Positions 28,960 through 38,640 are shown, counted from the first letter of the stretch. The stretch: 64,000 nucleotides of DNA from Sphingopyxis sp. (GCF_051861155.1 NZ_JBHYDE010000007.1:152596-216595); one strand, 5' to 3'. The notes: generated from the sequence alone by a model not told the origin. Translations and numbers: made by a program.

Positions 28960-29379
28960 TTAAACCCGCCCCGGCGCCCTCGCCCGGATGAAATTTCCCA
29001 GCGCGACGAAGATCATTTCGCGCGCATCGCTACCCAGCATCTCCGCAGTCAACCAGTCGAACTGCGCCCGGTCATGCTCCGCCGCGGCGCTCACCATGCC
29101 GGCGAGCAGCGCCTCGTCGAAACTGGCGCGCGGGCAGCAGGGCGGAGCGACGGCAAAGGGATCGGGCCAGCTGTGGCCGATCGCCTCGACCACCAGCCGA
29201 TACCGCCGCGCCGCCAGGATATTGCCCCAGCGACGCTCTAGCTCGGGCATCGGGTCGCGGTCGCTGCGGCGGCAGATGATGCAATAGCGCAGCGCAAGCA
29301 CCGCCCGCGCGGCTTCGACCGACAGGTCGCGGATCAGTGGTTGCTGGGTGATCCGGCGGATCAGGGTGCTGCTTTGCAT
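28960..29379 (-). CDS. Hypothetical protein with a PPCC motif (DUF6628-like)
   Basis: 139 aa containing WPDPFAVAPPCCPRASFDE; family assignment from memory. Confidence 0.65.
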   Translation of the reverse strand: MQSSTLIRRITQQPLIRDLSVEAARAVLALRYCIICRRSDRDPMPELERRWGNILAARRYRLVVEAIGHSWPDPFAVAPPCCPRASFDEALLAGMVSAAAEHDRAQFDWLTAEMLGSDAREMIFVALGNFIRARAPGRV

Positions 29380-29485
29380 GGCTCTATCGTCTCCCGGCCC
29401 GTGCCGTCCATGCTCCCTTCTCGAAAAAGATGCCGGTCGCCGCAGATGCAGCGACCGGCAGGAGGGGACTGCCTGATCTTGCTAT

Positions 29486-29500
29486 TGAGAATTAATCGCA
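29486..29500. promoter_or_regulatory. Fur-like box (TGCGA-N5-TCGCA type)
   Basis: TGAGA-ATTAA-TCGCA, one mismatch to the palindrome found upstream of bfd. Confidence 0.55.
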
Positions 29501-29651
29501 AATACAAGCGAAAATATTCGATGGAGACGCAATTGATCGAGCGGGCTCTGCGCGGTCATTCACCGCGACCTTTCCGCCTTAGTACACCGGCGCGGATTGC
29601 GGTCGGCGCGGCGACCGGGTGTGTTTGCTTGGCTATCGAGGAATTAAAGCC

Positions 29652-30200
29652 ATGGGAACTGCGAACCGGTATTTAGCGGCGGCGATTGCCGTCGCCATTG
29701 CGGCGTGCTCCATCCCGGTCGCCGCCGAAAACGGCTGCCCCGCGGGGTTCCAGCCTTGGCGTATACCGATGCAAGGGCCGGACGATTGCGTGCCGATTCC
29801 CGGCTATTATGACGAGCCGGAACATGAGGCTGGGCCTGCGCCACCCCCATTACCGCCCGAATGGTTCTCGACATCGTCTGCCGTGGCGTTTGGAAGCCGG
29901 AAGCGCGACGCGGCGTTCCCGACGGATTTTGTCTATTTCAAAACCTCATTCTCCGACGAGGAGGATGCCAGGCAGTTGGCGATGGCGAAATGCGCCGAAA
30001 AAGCCTTGTTCAATTGTGCGCTGGGGGGATCGATCACCAACGGGTTTATCGTCGTTTACAGCGACAAGCAGGGGCAGATCGCCGCGCATGGCGGAGCGAA
30101 CCGAGACCGGGTCATCCGCGAAATCCATGACAGATGCGCAGCCGCCAACCGGGTCTGCAAAATTCGTAAGGTTATCGATTCGTCGCCGATCTATATGTGA
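29652..30200 (+). CDS. Secreted Cys-rich protein, DUF4189-like
   Basis: Signal peptide, ENGCPAG...DCVPIPG, then A...AMAKC...C and a C-terminal C...C pair. Confidence 0.6.
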   Translation: MGTANRYLAAAIAVAIAACSIPVAAENGCPAGFQPWRIPMQGPDDCVPIPGYYDEPEHEAGPAPPPLPPEWFSTSSAVAFGSRKRDAAFPTDFVYFKTSFSDEEDARQLAMAKCAEKALFNCALGGSITNGFIVVYSDKQGQIAAHGGANRDRVIREIHDRCAAANRVCKIRKVIDSSPIYM

Positions 30201-30264
30201 TCGGACGGGATGAACCCGTCGCCGCGGGCAGCGACCACGGGTTCATGCTTGTCGGTTAGCGGTT

Positions 30265-30747
30265 TCAATCCTCGCCCGACGGCTTCGACTGCAGCTGGAT
30301 ATAATTCTCGATCCCCATCCGCTCGATCATCTCGAACTGCTTTTCCAGCTCGTCGACATGATGTTCTTCGCTTTCAAGGATCGATCCGAACAAGTCGCGG
30401 CTGACATAATCGCGCACGCTCTCGCTGTGCGCCATCGCGTCCTTGAGCAACGGGATCGCCTCTTCTTCAAGCGCGAGATCGGCTTTCAGGATTTCCTCGA
30501 CCGTCTCGCCGACGCGCAGCCGTCCCAGCATCTGGAAATTGGGCAGGCCGCCGAGAAAGAGAATGCGGTCGGCCAGCTGGTCGGCGTGCTTCATCTCGTC
30601 GATCGATTCTTCGCGCTCGAACTTGGCGAGCCGCGCGACGCCCCAATTGTCGAGCATGCGGTAATGCAGCCAATATTGGTTGATCGCGGTCAGCTCGTTC
30701 TTGAGCGCCTCGTTGAGGAAATCGATGACCTTTTCGTCGCCCTTCAT
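30265..30747 (-). CDS. bfr: Bacterioferritin
   Basis: MKGDEKVI...ELTAINQYWLH, EEESIDEMKH-type ferroxidase region (ESIDEMKHAD), and EEHH. Confidence 0.98.
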   Translation of the reverse strand: MKGDEKVIDFLNEALKNELTAINQYWLHYRMLDNWGVARLAKFEREESIDEMKHADQLADRILFLGGLPNFQMLGRLRVGETVEEILKADLALEEEAIPLLKDAMAHSESVRDYVSRDLFGSILESEEHHVDELEKQFEMIERMGIENYIQLQSKPSGED

Positions 30748-30848
30748 GGTGTCTGTCCTGTCATATGTCTTGGGAATGCGATGGGCGGCATTATACCGCC
30801 CCGAACCACATCAGGCCAAGGTCAAAAATGGCAGAAAACCAAGAAAAA

Positions 30849-31022
30849 TCAGGCGGTCGCGGCGACGTCGCTGATGATATTGCGAGCGAAAGGCAGGCAT
30901 TGTCCGCACTTGGGTTTGCGACCCAATTGCGCGTAGGCGGCCTTGGCACAGCGCAATTGGCCATCGCGCGCAACATCGCGCAGCTGGCTTTCCCTTATTG
31001 CGTTGCAGACACAGACGACCAT
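30849..31022 (-). CDS. bfd: Bacterioferritin-associated [2Fe-2S] ferredoxin
   Basis: MVVCVCNAI...KCGQC, 57 aa, upstream of bfr. Confidence 0.92.
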   Translation of the reverse strand: MVVCVCNAIRESQLRDVARDGQLRCAKAAYAQLGRKPKCGQCLPFARNIISDVAATA

Positions 31023-31023
31023 G

Positions 31024-31099
31024 TGCGAATCCTTCTCAACAAGAGTGATGTAGGGATAGTGCGAGCGATTCGCAACAGGAAAGATGCGACTGGTTCGCA
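31024..31099. promoter_or_regulatory. Three Fur-like boxes upstream of bfd
   Basis: TGCGA-ATCCT-TCTCA (31024-31038), TGCGA-GCGAT-TCGCA (31060-31074) and TGCGA-CTGGT-TCGCA (31085-31099). Confidence 0.65.
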
Positions 31100-31214
31100 A
31101 TCCGAGCGGCGGCATTTTTCGGCTGCGTCCGCCCTGGCCGCCCCTTGCCCCCAAAGTGATTCGCGGGCATAGGCGCGCCCATCCTCCCGCCTGCCCAAGC
31201 AAAGGTCCGCACCG

Positions 31215-31445
31215 ATGAAAGTGAATGTCTATGTGACGCTCAAGCCGGGGGTGCTCGATCCGCAGGGCAAGGCGATCCATCATGCGCTCGAAGGCCTGGG
31301 ATTTGCCGGGGTCGCCGATGTGCGCGCCGGGCGCTTCATCGAACTGGACGTCGCCGATGATGTCGCCGACGCCGATCTCGACGCGATGTGCGCCAAGCTG
31401 CTCGCCAACACGGTGATCGAAAACTACCGCATCGAACGCCCGTAA
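31215..31445 (+). CDS. purS: FGAM synthase subunit PurS
   Basis: [15 protein letters not shown]...[10 protein letters not shown]. Confidence 0.97.
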   Translation: MKVNVYVTLKPGVLDPQGKAIHHALEGLGFAGVADVRAGRFIELDVADDVADADLDAMCAKLLANTVIENYRIERP

Positions 31446-31459
31446 CAGGAGCCAGGCCC

Positions 31460-32125
31460 ATGAAGACCGCCGTCATCGTCTTTCCCGGCTCGAACTGTGA
31501 CCGCGACATGGCGGTCGCGCTCGAACAGGTTACCGGCCAGGCGCCCGCGATGGTGTGGCACCGCGACACCGACCTGCCCGCGGGCACCGATTTCATCGCG
31601 CTGCCCGGCGGTTTCTCCTATGGCGACTATCTGCGTTCGGGCGCAATGGCAGCGCGCTCGCCGATCCTGCGTAGCGTCGCCGACGCTGCGGCGCGCGGCG
31701 TCCCGGTGCTGGGCGTCTGCAACGGGTTCCAGGTGCTGACCGAGGCGCAGTTGCTGCCCGGCGCGCTGATGCGCAATGCAGCGCTCAATTTCGTCTGCCG
31801 CACGGTGCCGCTGACGGTCGAAAACAGCCAGTCGCTGTTCACCGCCAGCTATGACGCGGGCGAGGAGATCAACATCCCCGTCGCGCACCACGACGGCAAT
31901 TATTTCGCCGACGCCGCGACGCTCGACCGGATCGAGGGCGAGGGACGCGTCGCCTTTCGTTACGCCGACAGCGTCAACGGATCGGCGCGCGACATCGCCG
32001 GCGTGCTCAACGATGCGGGCAATGTGCTCGGCATGATGCCGCACCCCGAACGCGCGATCGACCGCGCGCACGGCGGCACCGACGGGCTACGCCTGTTCGA
32101 GGCGGCGCTCGGCGTCCTCGCCTGA
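31460..32125 (+). CDS. purQ: FGAM synthase glutaminase subunit PurQ
   Basis: [28 protein letters not shown] and GMMPHPER. Confidence 0.98.
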   Translation: MKTAVIVFPGSNCDRDMAVALEQVTGQAPAMVWHRDTDLPAGTDFIALPGGFSYGDYLRSGAMAARSPILRSVADAAARGVPVLGVCNGFQVLTEAQLLPGALMRNAALNFVCRTVPLTVENSQSLFTASYDAGEEINIPVAHHDGNYFADAATLDRIEGEGRVAFRYADSVNGSARDIAGVLNDAGNVLGMMPHPERAIDRAHGGTDGLRLFEAALGVLA

Positions 32126-32482
32126 CATTTCGCTTACCATAACCGCAGCATGTTTTGCTCGCGGTTGCAGCCAGCGCCCGACGAGCAGCAGCACCGTCGG
32201 CCAGAAGATCGTGTTCCAGATGTCGTGCCAATGCGCCGCATCGGGCTGCATCGTCGATCGGCCCATCTCGCGCGTCATGTCGAGCCATTCGCCGCCGAAC
32301 GCCATGGCGACGACCGCCAGCCATGCCACGACCCAGCCGCCGCGCCAGCGCCACATCAGCCGGACGAGCAGGAACAGCGCCAGCCCGAAATAAATATGCA
32401 GCGCGTCCTTGCCGAGACCGCTCGCTTCAATAATCGAGAGTTTCCGTTCCTCGAACAACGAGGCAATTTCAATCAGCGTCAT
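32087..32482 (-). CDS. Hypothetical membrane protein
   Basis: 131 aa with 3 TM segments and KDALHIY, GEWLD and DIWNTIFWP. Confidence 0.7.
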   Translation of the reverse strand: MTLIEIASLFEERKLSIIEASGLGKDALHIYFGLALFLLVRLMWRWRGGWVVAWLAVVAMAFGGEWLDMTREMGRSTMQPDAAHWHDIWNTIFWPTVLLLVGRWLQPRAKHAAVMVSEMSGEDAERRLEQA

Positions 32483-32485
32483 CGA

Positions 32486-33274
32486 TCAGACCTTGGCCGC
32501 GAACGGCGTAAAATCGGTGCCTTCGTCGAACACATCGACACCTTCGCGGCGCTTCAACGCGCCCACCACCACATAGGTTGCCGGGGTCAGCGCCGCTTCC
32601 CACGCGACCTTCATCGCCCAGTTCGTCGTCATCACCAATACCACCTGCTCGGTTTCCCAGATGCCCAGAAAGGCCATGGGGTAAAAGATCAGGCTGTCGA
32701 TCCCCTGGCCGACGATCGTCGACCCGATCGTGCGCATCCACAGGAACCGCCCGCCCGTCGCGACCTTCATGCGGGCGAGGACATAGGAGTTCACGAATTC
32801 GCCGGCCCAGAAAGCGACGATCGAAGCCAGCACGATGCGCCACGCGCTGCCGAACACGCTGTCATAGGTCGCCTGGCATATCGCGCCGGTACCGCCGCTT
32901 TCGCCCGATTTCAGCACCAGGCTTTCGGTGCCGCTGCACCACCAATCATGCGCCGGCGGCATCGCCAGCACGATCCAGCTCATCACCGCCATGAAGATCA
33001 GCGCGCCGAACCCAGCCCAGATCACCCGCCGCGCGCGGGCATAGCCATAGACTTCGGTCAGCACGTCGCCGATCACATAGCTGATCGGGAAAAACAGGAT
33101 CCCGGCGCCAAAGGTCAGCCCGCCGACCGTCGACAGCTTTGACGCGCCGATGATGTTCGACAGCAGCAGCACCGCGACAAACGCCGCCATGACCAGATCA
33201 TAATAGCGAAAATGATGGACCGCGGCGGCGCGGGTGCGCGCGGGCTGGGCGGGAGGCATAGCGGATTCGGTCAT
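32486..33274 (-). CDS. Queuosine precursor transporter (YhhQ/VUT family)
   Basis: LLSNI...FPISYVIGDVLTEVYGY..ARRVIW, GEFVNSYV..RMK and RTIGSTIVGQGIDS. Confidence 0.92.
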   Translation of the reverse strand: MTESAMPPAQPARTRAAAVHHFRYYDLVMAAFVAVLLLSNIIGASKLSTVGGLTFGAGILFFPISYVIGDVLTEVYGYARARRVIWAGFGALIFMAVMSWIVLAMPPAHDWWCSGTESLVLKSGESGGTGAICQATYDSVFGSAWRIVLASIVAFWAGEFVNSYVLARMKVATGGRFLWMRTIGSTIVGQGIDSLIFYPMAFLGIWETEQVVLVMTTNWAMKVAWEAALTPATYVVVGALKRREGVDVFDEGTDFTPFAAKV

Positions 33275-33346
33275 CGGCACGCTGCTTAACCCGCTTTGCA
33301 GCCTACGCAAACCACGCTATTCGCGCAGGCCACAAGCTTGCCTTGC

Positions 33347-33423
33347 GCGCCCGTAGCTCAGCTGGATAGAGCACCCGCCTTCTAAGCGGGTGGTCGCAGG
33401 TTCGAATCCTGCCGGGCGCGCCA
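33347..33423 (+). tRNA. tRNA-Arg(UCU)
   Basis: Acceptor GCGCCCG/CGGGCGC, D-arm TAGCTCAGCTGGATAGAGC, anticodon loop CT-TCT-AA, T-loop GGTTCGAATCC and encoded CCA. Confidence 0.97.
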
Positions 33424-33525
33424 AAATCTTGTGAGACACAAGCCGTCGGCAATGGACCGGCACGGATCCGCGGTTCCGCTGATGCCCCCGCTCGGTGCGA
33501 TTCGGGGTCTGCCCGCCGCCGGCAA

Positions 33526-35325
33526 CTATCGCTTTTGGTGAACGATACGGCCGCGCAGCAGCGTCTGGACAACCTGCGCCTGATGAATTTGCTCGACCGG
33601 GATGGTCATCAGGTTGCGATCGAGGACGATCAGATCGGCGTCCTTGCCCGGCTCGATCGAACCCGTGCGCGCGTCGATGCCAAGCCCGTAGGCGCCATTG
33701 ATCGTGAGTATCTCGAGCCCGGTGATCCGGTCGATCGCTTCCGACCGCGCCACGAAACCGCGGTCGGGCGCCCAGGGATTTTGGCGGCTGATCATCGCCT
33801 GCAACGCCAGCCAGGGATTGGGTTCGGGGATATTGTCCCAGTCGCTGCCGTAAGAAACCGTGTCGCCCGCTTCGATCAGCGAGCGGATCGGCGCGACTTC
33901 GCGGACGCGCTTGCGCCCGATCAATTGCACCGCGCCTGCCAACAGGTCATTGGGGAAAAGCGTCACCGGCGGCGACACTTCGAACACCGTGTTCAGGCGC
34001 CCGGCGCGGCCACGGTCGGCGGCATCGATGCTGAAACCATGCGCGATGACGTGCCGCGGACCCTTGCCGCCATTGGCGCGCCGGGCGGCCTCGATCGCGT
34101 CGAGCGCCATGCGCACCGCAGCGTCGCCCATTGCATGGATCATCACCGACAGTCCCAAGCCGTCCATCCTGAGCACGGCATCGTTGAGCGCGAACGGGTC
34201 GATCGCCGCATGGCCGAAGGTCGGCGCCGCGGCATAGGGTTCCAGATAGGGTGAATTGGCGCCGATCGCGATGCCGTCGGCATAGATTTTCGCCCCGTCC
34301 GGATCGATCAGTTCGGTAACCGGCCCCCGTTCGGCGCGGGTGTCGAAGCGCGCCAGCATCTCGTCCGGCGACACGGGCGCGAGCGCGGTGTTGAAATCCC
34401 ATTGGGTGCGCAGGCGTACGGTCAGCTGTCCGGCCGCTTCGAGCGCGCGAAAGGCCGCAACCTCTTCGGCGCTGGCCTGCGCCGTCTGGATGCTGGTCAC
34501 GCCAAAGGTGTTGAGCTTGCCGAATACCAGCCTTGCTGCCCGTTCAATCATTGCGCTGTCGGGCTTCGGCTTGGCGTTGAACACCAGCCCCATCGCCGAT
34601 TCCAGCAGGACGCCGGTCAGCTCGCCGGTGGCGGGGTTGCGGAGCAGCTTGCCGCCTGGCGGATCGGCGGTGGTCCGATCGAGCCCCGCCGCCGCGAGCG
34701 CCGCCGAATTGACCCAGACGACATGGTTGGTGTTGTCGTGCAGATAGACCGGATTGTCGGGCGCCACCTGGTCGAGCATCGCCTTGTCGAGCGACGGGGC
34801 GAGCACCGAATTCCATTCGGCGCCCTCGATCCATTCGCCCGGTCGCTTCGCGCGCGCGCAGGCCCCGACCGCCGCTAGCAGCCGGTCGAGCGGCGCGTCT
34901 TCGGCGAATTTGCAGTAGGTCAGCTCGGCAAGGCCGCCGCGAACCGGGTGAACGTGCATGTCGACGATGCCGGGCATCGCCATCCGGCCTTTCAGGTCGT
35001 GGACGGCGGTCTCCGGGCCGACGCGGCGGCGGACCTCTTCGTTCGACCCGACCAGATCAAATTTGCCGTCGGTGATCGAAACCGCCTCGACGATGCTGGA
35101 AAAACTGTCGCTGGTGAAGATGCGGCCGTTGATCAGGACCATGTCCGCCGGTCGCGCCGCGGCGGCAGTGGGCGTACCCGCGACTGGGTCCGCCTGCGCC
35201 TGCGCGGGCACGGCCGCGGCGGTGATCAGCAACAGCGGTAGTCCCGCGCACGTGACGGCTCGGGCCATCCGGCCAGCAAAGGTCTGGCGGGCGCGGGGCG
35301 GCGCCGACGCATCGATCATGTGCAT
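33526..35325 (-). CDS. Exported metal-dependent amidohydrolase (Amidohydro_3, YtcJ/NfdA-like)
   Basis: PGIVDMHVHP (HxH), IHAMGD, VIAHG and GSDWD; signal peptide ending AQA; start at ATG 35325 with a GGAG RBS. Confidence 0.88.
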   Translation of the reverse strand: MHMIDASAPPRARQTFAGRMARAVTCAGLPLLLITAAAVPAQAQADPVAGTPTAAAARPADMVLINGRIFTSDSFSSIVEAVSITDGKFDLVGSNEEVRRRVGPETAVHDLKGRMAMPGIVDMHVHPVRGGLAELTYCKFAEDAPLDRLLAAVGACARAKRPGEWIEGAEWNSVLAPSLDKAMLDQVAPDNPVYLHDNTNHVVWVNSAALAAAGLDRTTADPPGGKLLRNPATGELTGVLLESAMGLVFNAKPKPDSAMIERAARLVFGKLNTFGVTSIQTAQASAEEVAAFRALEAAGQLTVRLRTQWDFNTALAPVSPDEMLARFDTRAERGPVTELIDPDGAKIYADGIAIGANSPYLEPYAAAPTFGHAAIDPFALNDAVLRMDGLGLSVMIHAMGDAAVRMALDAIEAARRANGGKGPRHVIAHGFSIDAADRGRAGRLNTVFEVSPPVTLFPNDLLAGAVQLIGRKRVREVAPIRSLIEAGDTVSYGSDWDNIPEPNPWLALQAMISRQNPWAPDRGFVARSEAIDRITGLEILTINGAYGLGIDARTGSIEPGKDADLIVLDRNLMTIPVEQIHQAQVVQTLLRGRIVHQKR

Positions 35326-35366
35326 CCTGTTTCTCCAAAGCAGCATGGGGCGGGTCGCCCCGGGGG

Positions 35367-35762
35367 TCAGGTGGGTGGCTGGTACGGCCGCAGCTCGCCG
35401 CCGGTGACGGGGGTAAAGGTCAGCAGCCGACCCGGCTCGACCACCTCCAGCCGATGCCAGAGGCCGGCCGGCACGACCGCCGCCTCGCCCGCGGCGATGA
35501 CGATTGGTTCCGCCGACTGGCCTTCCAGGTCGAGATACAGGCGGAGCCGCCCTTCGATCACCAGCAGCGTCTCGTCGCCGTCGGGGTGGCGCTCCCAATG
35601 GTCGGCGTGGACCGACGCATCGTCGTCGATGACCCACAGCGCCAGCAGGCTGCGCGCCGCGCCCAGGTGGCGGTCGCGCGGCGGCCAGTCGACGCGCCGC
35701 GCGCGATGGTCGCCGTCATAGACGATTTTGGCCGAAAGCATGGCAAAGGGCGCTTCGTGCAT
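35367..35762 (-). CDS. Cupin domain protein
   Basis: WERHPDGDE.L.VIEG and VPAGLWHRL cupin motifs. Confidence 0.8.
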   Translation of the reverse strand: MHEAPFAMLSAKIVYDGDHRARRVDWPPRDRHLGAARSLLALWVIDDDASVHADHWERHPDGDETLLVIEGRLRLYLDLEGQSAEPIVIAAGEAAVVPAGLWHRLEVVEPGRLLTFTPVTGGELRPYQPPT

Positions 35763-35774
35763 CGCAGCCGCTCC

Positions 35775-36311
35775 TCAGGCGCCGGTCGGAAGGGGCGCCG
35801 TTCGCGCGCCGCTGTCGATCGGCATTGCGGGCGAAATGCCGGGCAGGTCGGTGAACCGGTCGTCGTTCGGCTTCACGCCATTTTTCTGCAGCAGCAGCCC
35901 GGCGTTGCCGCGATGATAGGTGCCGTGGAGCGCCACATGCAGCAGGATGTCACCGCGCCGCATCTGAGCCTGAGTGCCACTGGTGAAGCGGAAAGCAATG
36001 ACCTCGTCGGCCTCCGCTGGCGCGAGCGTTGCGGCATAGCCCGTATACCAGTCGTCCAGTGCGCGCACCTGGGCGGCCAAAGTCTCGAAATCGGGGCGAA
36101 CCGGCGACCGCGCGCAGCCATAATCATGCGGCTGCGCCAGCAGATGGTGGCGGAAGATGCCATCCACCGCGTGCATATGGTCAAGGATCTGCATCAATAT
36201 CGCGCGGTCGTCGGCCTGAAGGCGATGAAGACTGTCGGCGACGACCGCATAAAGGCCCGCATTGGCCCATTGCTTATAGTCCATCAGCTGTTCGTATATC
36301 GAGGATGTCAT
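35775..36311 (-). CDS. DinB/YfiT-family protein
   Basis: YKQWAN, HMHAVD and HGTYHRG His triad. Confidence 0.85.
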   Translation of the reverse strand: MTSSIYEQLMDYKQWANAGLYAVVADSLHRLQADDRAILMQILDHMHAVDGIFRHHLLAQPHDYGCARSPVRPDFETLAAQVRALDDWYTGYAATLAPAEADEVIAFRFTSGTQAQMRRGDILLHVALHGTYHRGNAGLLLQKNGVKPNDDRFTDLPGISPAMPIDSGARTAPLPTGA

Positions 36312-36355
36312 GGGTGTCTCTCTGTGGTTTGGCGTCGGCGGACGGTGGGGCGTGA

Positions 36356-37078
36356 TCAGACGGGATCGGGGCGATCGGGCCGGACGGCGCGCCGCGCCGA
36401 CCGCGGCGTGATGCCGAACATCCGGCGCATCGCGCGGGTCAGATGCGCCTGATCGGCAAAGCCGCCGATCAGTGCCGCGGCGGCCAGGCTTTCATCGTCC
36501 TGCAGCGCGCGCGCGGCGCCCTCCAGCTTGCGCCAGATCAGCCAGGTGGAAAGGGGTAGTCCGAGTTCGCAGCGGGTCAGCAGCCGCAGGTGCGATTCGG
36601 ACAGGCCGCAATGGGCGGCGGCTTCGGCGATGGTCCGACTTCCTGGCTCCTCGGCGAGGAAGAGCAGGGCGGCACGGAGCCGCGTGTCGATGGCACGGTC
36701 GCTCCGGCCGGCGATTTCGGCGAGATGGCGGTTCCAGTCGGCAAGATCCTGACCCGCCGTATAGCCGAGCGCCGCCGGGTCGATCGCAGCGATGTCGCCG
36801 TCGCCGCAGGCGTCGGCGACGATGAAGGCCAGCGGCGATTGCGGTTCGATGTAGAGCAGGGTGACCGGCCCGGCAGCGCGCACATGATGTTCGACCAGCG
36901 GGCGGATCGCAAAGCCCGGCCCCGCGCTGGCGGAAAGGTCCGCCGACAGGATTTCCAGCGTCCCGGCGTCGGCGAAAACGATTTGGATGGCAGCATGGAT
37001 ATGCCCTTCCTGATCGGGCGCGTCACCGCGATAGATCGCCCAGCTGTCGCCGAACCACAGCGCATTTGCCGATCTCAC
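36356..37078 (-). CDS. AraC-family transcriptional regulator
   Basis: N-terminal cupin (HIHAAIQ); C-terminal LSESHLR and GFADQAHLTRAMRRMFGITP; GTG start overlaps the upstream stop. Confidence 0.85.
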   Translation of the reverse strand: MRSANALWFGDSWAIYRGDAPDQEGHIHAAIQIVFADAGTLEILSADLSASAGPGFAIRPLVEHHVRAAGPVTLLYIEPQSPLAFIVADACGDGDIAAIDPAALGYTAGQDLADWNRHLAEIAGRSDRAIDTRLRAALLFLAEEPGSRTIAEAAAHCGLSESHLRLLTRCELGLPLSTWLIWRKLEGAARALQDDESLAAAALIGGFADQAHLTRAMRRMFGITPRSARRAVRPDRPDPV

Positions 37079-37740
37079 CGGCCCGCCTTTTCGCCGGTCC
37101 ACAGCGTGATCGATCCGGTCGGGGTCGGCAGCGACCATCGGTCGCGGACAGCAATGAAACCCGCGGCCTCCATGAAACGTGGGATCAGGCCGTCCTTGTT
37201 CGCGCGCGTGTTTTCATAACCGTCGAGCGAGCGGACCTGGTTGAACAGGATGCGCATCAGCAGCGTCGACTGCACGCCATAATCGGCGACGTACAGGCGG
37301 CCGCCGGGACGGAGCATCGCATAGGCGTTGGCGAGCAGCGCCTGCTTTGCTTCCAGCGTGCATTGGTGGAGGACGAGCGAGGTGACGACCTTGTCCACCG
37401 CGCCATAGGGGAGTGCATCGATCCGGTCACCGCCCATTGCGGTCACCAGCGTGATCTTTACCCCGCGGTCCTGCGCCTTCGCGGCAGCAATCACCTGGAC
37501 ATCGGGGTCGGGGTCGACCGCAAAGATGCGGGCGTCGCCGCAGCGCGCCGCGAGCAGGACCGCTTGCGATCCGGTACCGCTGCCAAGGTCGATGATGACG
37601 TCGCACGGCGCCGGCGCGATGGCGTCGAGCAGCTTGCCGCGCCAGCGCCGCTCGCGCGTCATCACCGCAACGACCCGGTCATATTCGGCGGTCAGGCCCG
37701 CGTGGCCCAGTGCCGGGGTGAAATTTTTGACGTCGGTCAT
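37075..37740 (-). CDS. Class I SAM-dependent methyltransferase
   Basis: IIDLGSGTGS, VDPD, SLVLH and LRPGG. Confidence 0.9.
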   Translation of the reverse strand: MTDVKNFTPALGHAGLTAEYDRVVAVMTRERRWRGKLLDAIAPAPCDVIIDLGSGTGSQAVLLAARCGDARIFAVDPDPDVQVIAAAKAQDRGVKITLVTAMGGDRIDALPYGAVDKVVTSLVLHQCTLEAKQALLANAYAMLRPGGRLYVADYGVQSTLLMRILFNQVRSLDGYENTRANKDGLIPRFMEAAGFIAVRDRWSLPTPTGSITLWTGEKAGR

Positions 37741-37800
37741 GTCGCGATGATGCGACGTTCCGCGCCCGAACTCTTGAACAAATCGCTTGGCGGGCGTCGG

Positions 37801-38406
37801 TCAACGGGCAAAGGCGACCAATATGCGGTCGACATAGGCGGCCGGCCGCGACCAGGGAAATTCGCTGACCGTGATGGCCATATGCGCGATCCCTGTGAGC
37901 GCGCAGATCAGCGCTTCGGCCTCGACCCGGCAATCGGCATCGGGCGTTCCGCGTGCGGCCGCGATCATCGGTCCAAAGCGCAAATAGGATGCCGGGACGT
38001 CGGTTTCGTCGACGAACCAATTGACTTCGCCGTCTTCGCGACGGTCCTCGACCATGAACACCATGCGATAGCGATCGGGATGACGGATCCAGTAATCGAC
38101 ATAGATATGCGCCACCCGGTTCAGCCGTGCGACGGGATCGGCGATTTCATCCTCCGCCTGCCGCATCGCGGCGAACATGGGGGCAAAGGCAAAGGACCAT
38201 AGCCCGCGGATGATCGCGGTCTTGCTCGGGAAATAGCCATAGAGGGTCATGGTCGGAATCCCGACCCGACTCGCGATCGCGCGCATGCTGATGCCCGCGA
38301 CACCCTTGTCCTCGAAGAGCGTTCTCGCGACGTCGATGATCCGTTCGCGCATGTCCTCGCGCGAGATTTTATGGCGGGATTCCCGCGCGGTGGTCAGTCC
38401 GGTCAA
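37801..38406 (-). CDS. TetR-family transcriptional regulator
   Basis: ISMRAIASRVGIPTMTLYGYFPSK HTH; TTG start at 38406 preceded by AAGGAG. Confidence 0.88.
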   Translation of the reverse strand: MTGLTTARESRHKISREDMRERIIDVARTLFEDKGVAGISMRAIASRVGIPTMTLYGYFPSKTAIIRGLWSFAFAPMFAAMRQAEDEIADPVARLNRVAHIYVDYWIRHPDRYRMVFMVEDRREDGEVNWFVDETDVPASYLRFGPMIAAARGTPDADCRVEAEALICALTGIAHMAITVSEFPWSRPAAYVDRILVAFAR

Positions 38407-38419
38407 AATCGCTCCTTGA

Positions 38420-38461
38420 CGTATTCGTACGTGTACGAATACGCGTTCGTACACGTACGGA
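38420..38461. promoter_or_regulatory. Tandem palindromic operators between tetR and the amine oxidase
   Basis: Perfect CGTATTCGTAC-GT-GTACGAATACG (38420-38443) and near-perfect TTCGTAC-AC-GTACGGA (38446-38461). Confidence 0.75.
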
Positions 38462-38640
38462 CAGGCCTAGCGCAAAAGGCCTCCGGCGTCGATAGCTGGG
38501 GAGGTTGTCATGCGTCGAACGCGGCGGGTGCGGTTGAATATGGTCGCGACGCTGCTGTTGAGCAAAGCGCAAAACGGCAGCGACCGGCTCGCAGCAAGGA
38601 ATCGCCGCGCGCCGCGAAATTCTGAAAAAGGGAGGCAGGG

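Noticed and set aside
33275-33346. preQ1 riboswitch upstream of the queuosine precursor transporter, or a functional link to the adjacent tRNA
   Set aside because: No recognisable preQ1 stem or A-rich tail, and tRNA-Arg(UCU) is not a queuosine-modified tRNA.
33428-33442. CTTGTG-AGA-CACAAG hairpin right after the tRNA as an att or terminator remnant
   Set aside because: Only a 6-bp stem, no U-tract and no second copy.
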